Assembly (NCBI GenBank): GCA_051362555.1
Contig: JBPQGU010000016.1
Span: 4,278,001-4,342,000 of the forward strand
Reading direction: 5' to 3'
DNA: 64,000 nucleotides
DNA from: Lingula anatina
Taxonomy: Eukaryota > Animalia > Brachiopoda
Below the pieces are notes generated by a model. The model was given only the letters and a program-made list of their open reading frames with translations, ran no database searches and had not been told where the DNA came from. Below, piece after piece: positions 24,961 to 36,200 of this stretch. Numbering within the stretch: the first letter of the stretch is position 1; every line of letters begins with the position of its first letter. A program made the translations under genes and the position numbers.

Positions 24961-25392
24961 CGTGACGCAGTTAAGGTGGTACAGGACAAAAGATTTGTGC
25001 CAGTGGTGGATTTAGGAGGGTCGGTGGGGGCGGGGGGGGGGGGGGGGGGGAGTTTCGACCCCGACTGAATTTTTATAAATATAATGTACATTTTTTTTTA
25101 GAAAATCGAACTCCCCTACACTCGATAAAGTCAGGTTTGCTTATTTCTCAAATTCGTTCCAAGGGTTCGTTACTACTCCACTCGTTTAATTCAATAGATC
25201 AGGTGATGGTCGTCGGCGTAACACTGATTACTGTCTCATAAACAAAGGTGGCTGACCGTGATTCTTACTTCGCGTTAAAGGGTAGGTACTTTAATATTTA
25301 TAAAACTTAAGTTTAAAGCTTAAATGCACAAACTATGACACAAATGCCAGATATGTAATTAACCTGTGTCCACCGAGGTCCATTGGTAGTTG

Positions 25393-25605
25393 CAGTGGCG
25401 GATTTGGAGGGGGGGTCAGGGGGTCCTGACCTCCTCCCCTTCAGTTTCTAAAAATAATCACACCGATGGTCCCCTTATGAAATAAGTATTTTCTCTAGCC
25501 GAATCATAGTTCTAAAAAGTACCAAATAGCACCGTTCGCCCTCTAAGATAAGGGTCGGTTTTGCATCCGTGGACCCCCCTTCAAATAATCCTGGTCCCGC
25601 CCCTG
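25393..25605. mobile_element. ~213-bp MITE, CAGTGGCGGAT...CCCGCCCCTG termini
   Basis: Left end CAGTGGCGGATTTGGAGGGGGGGTCAGG, right end AATCCTGGTCCCGCCCCTG. The interior resembles 21692-21966. Flanks GGTAGTTG and GGTTGGTC match only partly. Unpaired similar ends occur at 25001 and 27073-27093. Confidence 0.65.
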
Positions 25606-25809
25606 GGTTGGTCGCCCTTGTAACCTACAGCAGGTAAGTGATTCTTGCTATTGTCTGTTTTTGATAATCGCCTAAGATATCAATCAAGTTGTTGTATTTG
25701 TAGCGGCAAAAGGTTTCAATCTAACGCTCTTAATGGCTAAAATTAATCTGCAAACCACGTGCACTTAGAGCAACTGGAAATTTTAAAAGGTGGCGATTTT
25801 ATAATGAGC

Positions 25810-25930
25810 CGCGCAACTTTTATATCTCCAAAACTAGCAGAGATATGCCCATAATCACTATTGAACTTGAATAGGCAGTCATATGCTGACAATCTGTGAT
25901 CTTGAAATTGAGCTTTGACCTACTTTTTGC
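25810..25930 (+). mobile_element. Helentron/DINE-like core-repeat fragment
   Basis: TATATCTCCAAAACTAGCAGAGATATGCCCATAATCACTATTGAACTTGAATAGGCAGTCATATG...TGAAATTGAGCTTTGACC resembles the ATATCTC..GAGATA..ACTAT..AATAGGAAGTCATAT..TGACCTT core repeats of invertebrate Helentron derivatives. Recognised from memory. Confidence 0.4.
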
Positions 25931-27280
25931 CATGAACTGCACTTCACAAATTTGAATTTAAACTTTTACTTTTCCTCATGATTTTGTTTTAAATGGTAAT
26001 TTTCAACAAAACTATTTAGAACTTTTGCTTACTGCATGTAGAGCTTGTCAAGCACAACACTGGAGGTGGTGTCCCTTTTTTCACTTTTCTATACGAATGA
26101 GCTTACTCCAGCTGGTGGTACAATACCCTCAGGCGGTATCACCTCTCTGATCCTCTAGTTTTCATGGTTTTTCAAATTCATGCTTCATTTGACAAGATAA
26201 AGTGGCGTAATAAACAAAGCATTTTGTCCTGTCACACAAGTATGTTATTGCTTTTTAACCTCATTCACGGATCGTTGTGGAAATGAAATTAGGGGGTGTG
26301 AAAAATACATGGTTACCTAGAAATTCAGTGTTCAGACCAGGCTTTCACTTACTGCCTACCAGCTTGCTGCTTACTTTTTTTGTTTTTCTTACATTTTAGT
26401 TAAACATGTTTCAAACAACAAAAGCTCTAGATATTATAAAGGTTTGACAAACATTTTATTTCGAAACTTGTACATGTACCAGTTAAGTTTCCGTTTTGCT
26501 GATTATGTGACCATCTCCATAAATAGAATAGGCCTGCATTGGTGCACATGGACGCGGTCGCAAATTACAGTGGAATGCTTTTTTTTCCGAACAAAATTAA
26601 TACACATTGCTAAGTTTAACTAGAAAAGCAAATATATAAATGGGCATTCAAGGTGTGTTTACATTATCGCTAGTAGAGTCCGAATTACTGGTTGCCTATG
26701 TGTGGACGAAAACCGCAGTGAGCCATCCTGAAGTATGTATAATTTCTTTATTTAGTATTCTTTACTGAGAAATGGACCATGTAATGCTAAATGCCATCGA
26801 ACTCCTTTAGATTTTTTCCTTCAGCTGCCTTCAAATAGTGCCTCTACCCCCTACATCTAAACAGCCATACCCGAGTATGTCGTGAGATCATCTTAGATGT
26901 AGTCTGACAAGCGACTTTGCGGCATAAATCTTGCATTACTAATCATCATGCATCGTTATTTTATTTGATTTAATTTTAATGAATATTAATTCAATTAATT
27001 TATTCAATGTTAAAAATGAACCGTTCCGTCCACGTAGAAGCGGGGTCAATAAAAACTAACCACCTAGTCTTCGAAATCCTGGATTCGCCCCTGAGAGCTG
27101 TTCGTTATTGATTTCTTAATAACGATCTTGCTGCATACTGGCAATAAACACAATCGGATTTGTCATCTATTTTTAAGGATTTATGATGTTACATTCAAGT
27201 TGTAATTTTTTCTGTCCTAGATTTCTATTACAAACAGAACCGTAAAGAAAAAACAGTAATTTAAGCGCATTATACTGTAG

Positions 27281-27328
27281 GTGTTCAGTCACTGAACCAC
27301 TGAGTGTTCAGTCACTGAACCACTGAGT
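27281..27328. repeat. Perfect 23-bp tandem duplication containing a hairpin
   Basis: GTGTTCAGTCACTGAACCACTGA twice; each copy contains TTCAGT-C-ACTGAA. Confidence 0.9.
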
Positions 27329-27960
27329 AGTTCCTACAATCGCCCAAGGACAGCGTAAATTGTAGAATCTCACATTTCCAGGAGGACAAAGGCGGCAATT
27401 TCTCGCTTAAACAATGTTTTTTTGTTGTTGTTGTTTCAATTTCTTTTACGAATAGAGTGGCCCCTGAAGAAAAGATTATGTCGTCTTTGCTATCTTCTGT
27501 TAAAAACATAATTTTAGTAAAATAATTAATAAACAAATCAAGAAGAAGATGCACATATTGTATACAGTAACCACTGTTGAAGAACGAAGTGAAGTATACA
27601 GATATTTCTTAATAATCACAAAGCCGAGCTGCATACATATTAGATCGACTATGTACTTTGTTACTAAGCAGACCAACTTTGGTAATTCCCTTATTTTTCC
27701 ACAATATTTCTACTGAAATGTGTCACTTTTGGGTCCCAAGAGGGTGGTGCACTTTCGGAAAAATAGTATTTCGAGAGTTTTTAGATCAATCATTGTGTTT
27801 TGTTGGTAGCAGTTTTAACCAATTGCAAAGGCTGTGAGAGAGTATCGTGGCAGGAGCTTTAAGATGCGGGTGAGGTCGATGGAGTGTAAGGGGTAGTATA
27901 GGCCTATCGGTGCGAGGGAGTAATGGTGTGGAGGAGTATCAGTGCTGAGACGGAAAGGGA

Positions 27961-28250
27961 TCATTCACAATAATTGTCTAAACATATCAACATCTCATCA
28001 TTAAATCCCCAAATTGCATCTTTATAGTACTTCAAAAAGGTCCTCAGGGGTTTGAGGTTGGGGAGGGGGATGGAAAAATATTTTTTTAATTCACAAGAAA
28101 TATTTAAAAAAAAAACAATTTACCTGTGGATGGCTAGAAAAAACAAAACACACCTTCCTGACATCATTATTTTAATTATTTTAAAAAGACCCAAATTTCA
28201 TCTTTATATTATTTCAAAAAGCTCCCCAGGGGCTTGAGAGTGGGAGCTGG
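27961..28250 (+). repeat. Highly diverged relic related to the satellite monomer, with internal ~182-bp periodicity
   Basis: 27961-28039 aligns without gaps to monomer TCATTCATAAAAAATGTGG...CCAAAAA at roughly 65% identity by hand count. It is followed by a G-rich patch and then AACACACCTTCCTGACA (monomer AACACACCTACCTGACA) and AAATTTCATC at the expected spacing. Confidence 0.7.
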
Positions 28251-28789
28251 AATTTCATCCCGTGGGAGTTCCAAGTCTCACGAAGAAAATGCTAATATGT
28301 GAAAAAAATATTTTGAAAATAATAATAATAATAAATAATAATAATGATGATAATTAAATAAATAAATAACTCTCAGAAAAAGAATGCAATCAGTTCAGTT
28401 TTCTAACTCAAGCTGTATTTCAGTCCAATTTACCTTTTCTGTAAGATTGAGATCCATGAGTAACATGGTTTTACTTAAATTGTCATCAGTGTTCAAAATG
28501 GGGTTTCTTTAACTTTGACAAAATCAGCCCAGATCATCATGTGAAATGTGATTTATGTGAAATGTGTTCAAAATAAGCATTAAAACCTGTCTTTATAGAT
28601 ATTGATGTTTGCTTTTAAAATCTCATTTGAGGCAGGAGTGGGGCATCCAGACAAAGTTGTTCATTTAACTAATATGCTGACAAAATCACATTACCTCATA
28701 AAGACCCAAAATAACAACATTGTGCTTTTAACCCAAAACTTGGGAAATCTGCCAAATTTGCGTAAGCACCCTCAAGTGGAAATAGCAAA

Positions 28790-28790
28790 A

Positions 28791-28822
<32 letters not shown>

Positions 28823-28841
28823 GATAATAATGATAATAATT
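28790..28841. repeat. (TAAA)n/(TAA)n compound microsatellite; a similar tract lies at 28319-28369
   Basis: Direct observation. Confidence 0.9.
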
Positions 28842-29541
28842 AATCAATGAATGTTCATTCATTTCTCATTATTGCCAAAAATACAAAATGCACACTCAAA
28901 GTTAATTAAGCCTTCTCTAATAATTGCAATAGTCGTTTTTCTAATTTCCAAAAAGAGATTTCAACATGATTTTAATGCATGGACTTATGGCTGTTTTTTC
29001 TTTTTAACTTCCAGATTAAGCTGCTGGTTTGTACTTTCTATACCAAGGGTTTGAAGACCCACTATGCAAGTACCAGAACCTGCTATAGACAGTTGTCTTG
29101 GAGCCTCCAGAACACTTGCAATCCATACCCCTATCATCAAGAGGTCATTTCTTCGATGACATGCTGCGGCGTGGGGCGAGTACCTTAAAGACTTTGATGC
29201 TTTTGGACCTTTAATATATTGTCCATACTGACTTACATCATACTAGTCCTTGGAAGGCTTGGAATACTTGATTTGACCCTTTGACACCGGTTTGCAAAGC
29301 TAAGACCATTTCTGCTTAATTTGACTGATGACTTGTAAAGTAGTGCTCTTCAAACTCTTTGGTGCTCCTGTGCTGTAAGTAACAGGATTCGTTTGATAGC
29401 ACAGGCAAGGTGTCTCGGGAACAGTAATGGCTGCTGAAATTGCTGGAATAAAAAAGACAGACAAACTGAAAACTTTTGTTCTAAGTTTTAAAAAACTGAT
29501 ACGGTAATTATTTTTAAAAAGGACTATGTATATAGAAAGGC

Positions 29542-29848
29542 TATGGAAGCGTGTAAGGGTCACAACACCAACATCAAAAACAAAACTCACAACACCAACA
29601 CCAAAAACAAACTTCACAACACCAACAACTTGGTGTTGTGAAGTTTGTTTTTGGTGTTGGTGTTGTGAGTTTTGTTTTTGGTGTTGGTGTTGTGAAGTTT
29701 GTTTTTGGTGTTGGTGTTGTGAGTTTTGTTTTTGGTGTTGGTGATGTGAGTTTTGTTTTTGGTGTTGGTGTTGTGAAGTTTGTTTTTGGTGTTGGTGTTG
29801 TGAATTTTGTTTTTGGTGTTGGTGTTGTGACCCTTACACGCTTCCATA
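29542..29848. mobile_element. IS3EU-like non-autonomous fold-back DNA transposon with 27-bp internal repeats and a 6-bp TSD
   Basis: AAAGGC|TATGGAAGCGTGTAAGGGTCACAACACCAACA ... TGTTGGTGTTGTGACCCTTACACGCTTCCATA|AAAGGC. The TIRs are perfect and the 6-bp duplication is exact. TAY..RTA termini with a 6-bp TSD are the described IS3EU signature. The interior is ~2.5 forward plus ~7.5 inverted copies of CACAACACCAACACCAAAAACAAAACT. Confidence 0.85.
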
Positions 29849-29910
29849 AAAGGCATCATAAAATTCGATAAATTAAAGATAAAATAATAATATAGCAGGA
29901 ATCTGTATAA

Positions 29911-30260
29911 ATAGTTTTTGCTCTATTTATTCCATAATGTTGACACCACCACTCTTCCCGCATTTTATGCTTACTACAAATGACCAAACACACCAACCTG
30001 ACACTATAATGAAAAAAAAAATTTTTTTTCATCCCTACCTGGCCAAAATTGAAGAAATCTCACATGGCTGGCAATTATGAAAATCACTCAAAATAAAAAA
30101 AAAATGTCATGAAAATCATCTATCACACCTATCATTCATAAAAAATGTGGAAATACGCCAGGGTCACTTCATCAAGGCCCCCCAATTCTATCTTTAAAAA
30201 TGATCCAAAAATAAGCTCCGAGATCTGAATCGGAGAGTGGGGGAGACAGAGTTATTGTTC
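29911..30260 (+). repeat. Degenerate edge monomer of the right satellite array
   Basis: Many substitutions, a destroyed palindrome (CACATGGCTGGCAATT), loss of the CGACCCGTCTCCGATTTTTCC segment and a shortened G-run. Faint similarity extends back to ~29871. Confidence 0.93.
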
Positions 30261-33200
30261 TATGTCTTCCTAAATGTTGACACCACCACTCTTCCAGCAC
30301 TTTATTCTTACTACAAATGACCAAACACACCTACCTGACACTATAATGAAGAAAAAAAATTTTCATCCCTACCTGGCCAAAATTGAAGAAATCTCACAGT
30401 GCCGGCACTGTTCAAAATCACTCAAAATCACCAAAAATCGACCCGTCTCCGATTTTTCCAAAAAGTGACGAAAATCAATCTACCACACCTGTCATTCATA
30501 AAAAATGTGGAAACGCGCCCGGGTCACTTCATCAAGGCCCCCAATTCTAGCTTTAAAGATGATCCAAAAATAAGCTCTGAGAACAGAATCTGAGAGGGGG
30601 GGGGGGAGACAGAGTTTTTGCTCTATTTTTTCCTTAATGTTGACACCACCACTCTTCCAGCACTTTATTCTTACTACAAATGACCGAACACACCTACCTG
30701 ACACTATAATGAAGAAAAAAAATATTCATCCCTACCTGGCCAAAATTGAAGAACTCTCACAGTGCCGGCACTGTTCAAAATCACTCAAAATCACCAAAAA
30801 TCGACCCGTCTCCGATTTTTCCAAAAAGTGACGAAAATCAATCTACCACACCTGTCATTCATAAAAAATGTGGAAACGCGCCCGGGTCACTTCATCAAGG
30901 CTCCCAATTCTAGCTTTAAAAATGATCCAAAAATAAGCTCTGAGAACAGAATCTGAGAGGGGGGGGGGAGACAGAGTTTTTGCTCTATTTCTTCCTTAAT
31001 GTTGACACCACCACTCTTCCAGCACTTTATTCTTACTACAAATGACCGAACACACCTACCTGACGCTATAATGAAGAAAAAAAATTTTCATCCCTACTTG
31101 GCCAAAATTGAAGAAATCTCACAGTGCCGGCACGGTTCAAAATCAGTCAAAATCAGCAAAAATCGACCCGTCTCTGATTTTTCCAAAAAGTGACGAAAAT
31201 CAATCTACCACACCTGTCATTCATAAAAAATGTGGAAACGCGCCCGGGTCACTTCATCAAGGCCCCCAATTCTAGCTTTAAAGATGATCCAAAAATAAGC
31301 TCTGAGAACAGAGTCTGAGAGGGGGGGGGGAGACAGAGTTTTTGCTCTATTTCTTCCTTAATGTTGACACCACCACTCTTCCAGCACTTTATTCTTACTA
31401 CAAATGACGGAACACACCTTCCTGACACTATAATGAAGAAACAAAATTTTCATCCCAACCTGGCCAAAATTGAAGAACTCTCACAGTGCTGGCACTGTTC
31501 AAAATCACTCAAAATCACCAAAAATCGACCCGTCTCCGATTTTTCTAAAAAGTGACGAAAATCAATCTACCACACCTGTCATTCATAAAAAATGTGGAAA
31601 CGCGCCCAGGTCACTTCATCAAGGCCCCCAATTCTAGCTTTAAAGATGATCCAAAAATAAGCTCTGAGAACAGAATCTGAGAGGGGGGGGGAGGGAGACA
31701 GAGTTTTTCCTCTATTTCTTCCTTAATGTTGACACCACCACTCTTCCAGCACTTTATTCTTACTACAAATGACCGAACACACCTACCTGACACTATAATG
31801 AAGAAAAAAAATTTTCATCCCTACCTGGCCAAAATTGAAGAACTCTCACAGTGCCGGCACTGTTCAAAATCACTCAAAATCACCAAAAATCGACCCGTCT
31901 CCGATTTTTCCAAAAAGTGACGAAAATCAATCTACCACACCTGTCATTCATAAAAAATGTGGAAATGCGCCCGGGTCACTTCATCAAGGCCCCCAATTCT
32001 AGCTTTAAAGATCATCCAAAAATAAGCTCTGAGAACAGAATCTGAGAGGGGGGGGGGAGACAAAGTTTTTGCTCTATTTCTTCCTTAATGTTGACACAAC
32101 CACTCTTCCAGCACTTTATTCTTACTACAAATGACCGAACACACCTACCTGACACTATAATGAAGAAAAAAAATTTTCATCCCTACCTGGCCAAAATTGA
32201 AGAACTCTCACAGTGCCGACACTGTTCAAAATCACTCAAAATCACCAAAAATCGACCCGTCTCCGATTTTTCCAAAAAGTGACGAAAATCAATCTAGATC
32301 TACCACACCTGTCATTCATAAAAAATGTGGAAACGCACCCGGGTCACTTCATCAAGGCCCCCAATTCTAGCTTTAAAGATTATCCAAAAATAAGCTCTGA
32401 GAACAGAATCTGAGAGGGGGGGGGAGACATAGTTTTTGCTCTATTTCTTCCTTAATGTTGACACCACCACTCTTCCAGCACTTTATTCTTACTACAAATG
32501 ACCGAACACACCTACCTGACACTATAATGAAGAAAAAAAATTTTCATCCCTACCTGGCCAAAATTGAAGAACTCTCACAGTGCCGGCACTGTTCAAAATC
32601 ACTCAAAATCACCAAAAATCGACCCGTCTCCGATTTTTCCAAAAAGTGACGAAAATCAATCTATCACACCTGTCATTCATAAAAAATGTGGAAACGCGCC
32701 CGGGTCACTTCATCAAGGCCCCCAATTCTAGCTTTAAAGATGATCCAAAAATAAGCTCTGAGAACAGAATCTGAGAGGGGGGGGGGGGAGACAGAGTTTT
32801 TGCTCTATTTCTTCCTTAATGTTGACACCACCACTCTTCCAGCACTTTATTCTTACTACAAATGACCGAACACACCTACCTGACAATATAATGAAGAAAA
32901 AAAATTTTCATCCCTACCTGGCCAAAATCGAAGAAATCTCACAGTACCGGCACTGTTCAAAATCACTCAAAATCACCAAAAATCGACCCGTCTCCGATTT
33001 TTCCAAAAAGTGACGAAAATCAATCTACCACACCTGTCATTCATAAAAAATGTGGAAACGCACCCGGGTCACTTCATCAAGGCCCCCAATTCTAGCTTTA
33101 AAGATGATCCAAAAATAAGCTCTGAGAACAGAATCTGAGAGGGGGGGGGGGGGGAGACAGAGTTTTTGCTCTATTTCTTCCTTAATGTTGACACCACCAC

Positions 33201-36200
33201 TCTTCCAGCACTTTATTCTTACTACAAATGACCGAACACAACTACCTGACACTATAATGAAGAAAAAAAATTTTCATCCCTACCTGGCCAAAATCGAAGA
33301 AATCTCACAGTGCCGGCACTGTTCAAAATCACTCAAAATCACCAAAAATCGACCCGTCTCCGATTTTTCCAAAAAGTGACGAAAATCAATCTACCGCACC
33401 TGTCATTCATAAAAAATGTGGAAACGCGCCCGGGTCACTTCATCAAGCCCCCAATTCTAGCTTTAAAGATGATCCAAAAATAAGCTCTGAGAACAGAATC
33501 TGAGAGGGGGGGGGGGGAGACAGAGTTTTTGCTCTATTTCTTCCTTAATGTTGACACCACCACTCTTCCAGCACTTTATTCTTACTACAAATGACCGAAC
33601 ACACCTACCTGACACTATAATGAAGAAAAAAAATTTTCATCCCTACCTGGCCAAAATTGAAGTACTCTCACAGTGCCGGCACTGTTCAAAATCACTCAAA
33701 ATCACCAAAAATCGACCCGTCTCCGATTTTTCCAAAAAGTGACGAAAATCAATCTACCACACCTGTCATTCATAAAAAATGTGGAAACGCGCCCGGGTCA
33801 CTTCATCAAGGCCCCCAATTCTAGCTTTAAAGATGATCCAAAAATAAGCTCTGAGAACAGAATCTGAGAGGGGGGGGGGGGAGACAGAGTTTTTGCTCTA
33901 TTTCTTCCTTAATGTTGACACCACCACTCTTCCAGCACTTTATTCTTACTACAAATGACCGAACACACCTACCTGACACTATAATGAAGAAAAAAAATTT
34001 TTAATCCCTACCTGGCCAAAATTGAAGAACTCTCACAGTGCCGGCACTGTTCAAAATCACTCAAAATCACCAAAAATTGACCCGTCTCCGATTTTTCCAA
34101 AAAGTGACGAAAATCAATCTACCACACCTGTCATTCATAAAAAATGTGGAAACGCGCCCGGGTCACTTCATCAAGGCCCCCAATTCTAGCTTTAAAGATG
34201 ATCCAAAAATAAGCTCTGAGAACAGAGTCTGAGAGGGGGGGGGGAGACAGAGTTTTTGCTCTATTTCTTCCTTAATGTTGACACCACCACTCTTCCAGCA
34301 CTTTATTCTTACTACAAATGACGGAACACACCTACCTGACACTATAATGAAGAAACAAAATTTTCATCCCAACCTGGCCAAAATTGAAGAACTCTCACAG
34401 TGCCGGCACTGTTCAAAATCACTCAAAATCACCAAAAATCGACCCGTCTCCGATTTTTCCAAAAAGTGACGAAAATCAATCTACCACACCTGTCATTCAT
34501 AAAAAATGTGGAAACGCGCCCAGGTCACTTCATCAAGGCCCCCAATTCTAGCTTTAAAGATGATCCAAAAATAAGCTCTGAGAACAGAATCTGAGAGGGG
34601 GGGGGAGGGAGACAGAGTTTTTCCTCTATTTCTTCCTTAATGTTGACACCACCACTCTTCCAGCACTTTATTCTTACTACAAATGACCGAACACACCTAC
34701 CTGACACTATAATGAAGAAAAAAAATTTTCATCCCTACCTGGCCAAAATTGAAGAACTCTCACAGTGCCGGCACTGTTCAAAATCACTCAAAATCACCAA
34801 AAATCGACCCGTCTCCGATTTTTCCAAAAAGTGACGAAAATCAATCTACCACACCTGTCATTCATAAAAAATGTGGAAATGCGCCCGGGTCACTTCATCA
34901 AGGCCCCCAATTCTAGCTTTAAAGATCATCCAAAAATAAGCTCTGAGAACAGAATCTGAGAGGGGGGGGGGGAGACAAAGTTTTTGCTCTATTTCTTCCT
35001 TAATGTTGACACCACCACTCTTCCAGCACTTTATTCTTACTACAAATGACCGAACACACCTACCTGACACTATAATGAAGAAAAAAAATTTTCATCCCTA
35101 CCTGGCCAAAATTGAAGAACTCTCACAGTGCCGACACTGTTCAAAATCACTCAAAATCACCAAAAATCGACCCGTCTCCGATTTTTCCAAAAAGTGACGA
35201 AAATCAATCTAGATCTACCACACCTGTCATTCATAAAAAATGTGGAAACGCACCCGGGTCACTTCATCAAGGCCCCCAATTCTAGCTTTAAAGATTATCC
35301 AAAAATAAGCTCTGAGAACAGAATCTGAGAGGGGGGGGGGGAGACATAGTTTTTGCTCTATTTCTTCCTTAATGTTGACACCACCACTCTTCCAGCACTT
35401 TATTCTTACTACAAATGACCGAACACACCTACCTGACACTATAATGAAGAAAAAAAATTTTCATCCCTACCTGGCCAAAATTGAAGAACTCTCACAGTGC
35501 CGACACTGTTCAAAATCACTCAAAATCACCAAAAATCGACCCGTCTCCGATTTTTCCAAAAAGTGACGAAAATCAATCTACCACACCTGTCATTCATAAA
35601 AAATGTGGAAACGCACCCGGGTCACTTCATCAAGGCCCCCAATTCTAGCTTTAAAGATTATCCAAAAATAAGCTCTGAGAACAGAATATGAGAGGGGGGG
35701 GGAGACATAGTTTTTGCTCTATTTCTTCCTTAATGTTGACACCACCACTCTTCCAGCACTTTATTCTTACTACAAATGACCGAACACACCTACCTGACAC
35801 TATAATGAAGAAAAAAAATTTTCATCCCTACCTGGCCAAAATTGAAGAACTCTCACAGTGCCGGCACTGTTCAAAATCACTCAAAATCACCAAAAATCGA
35901 CCCGTCTCCGATTTTTCCAAAAAGTGACGAAAATCAATCTATCACACCTGTCATTCATAAAAAATGTGGAAACGCGCCCGGGTCACTTCATCAAGGCCCC
36001 CAATTCTAGCTTTAAAGATGATCCAAAAATAAGCTCTGAGAACAGAATCTGAGAGGGGGGGGGGAGACAGAGTTTTTGCTCTATTTCTTCCTTAATGTTG
36101 ACACCACCACTCTTCCAGCACTTTATTCTTACTACAAATGACCGAACACACCTACCTGACAATATAATGAAGAAAAAAAATTTTCATCCCTACCTGGCCA

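Noticed and set aside
25001-27093. Single 2.1-kb element bounded by CAGTGGTGGATTTAGG and CCTGGATTCGCCCCTG
   Set aside because: The flanks (ATTTGTGC and AGAGCTGT) do not form a TSD and no transposase is visible inside; these are probably ends of separate MITE fragments.
29526-29871. Cys/Trp-rich, Asn/Thr/Lys-rich and FVFGVGVV-repeat ORFs; telomere-like GT-rich tract
   Set aside because: All derive from the 27-bp repeat inside the IS3EU-like MITE. The unit is not TTAGGG or TTAGG and is enclosed by TIRs and a TSD.
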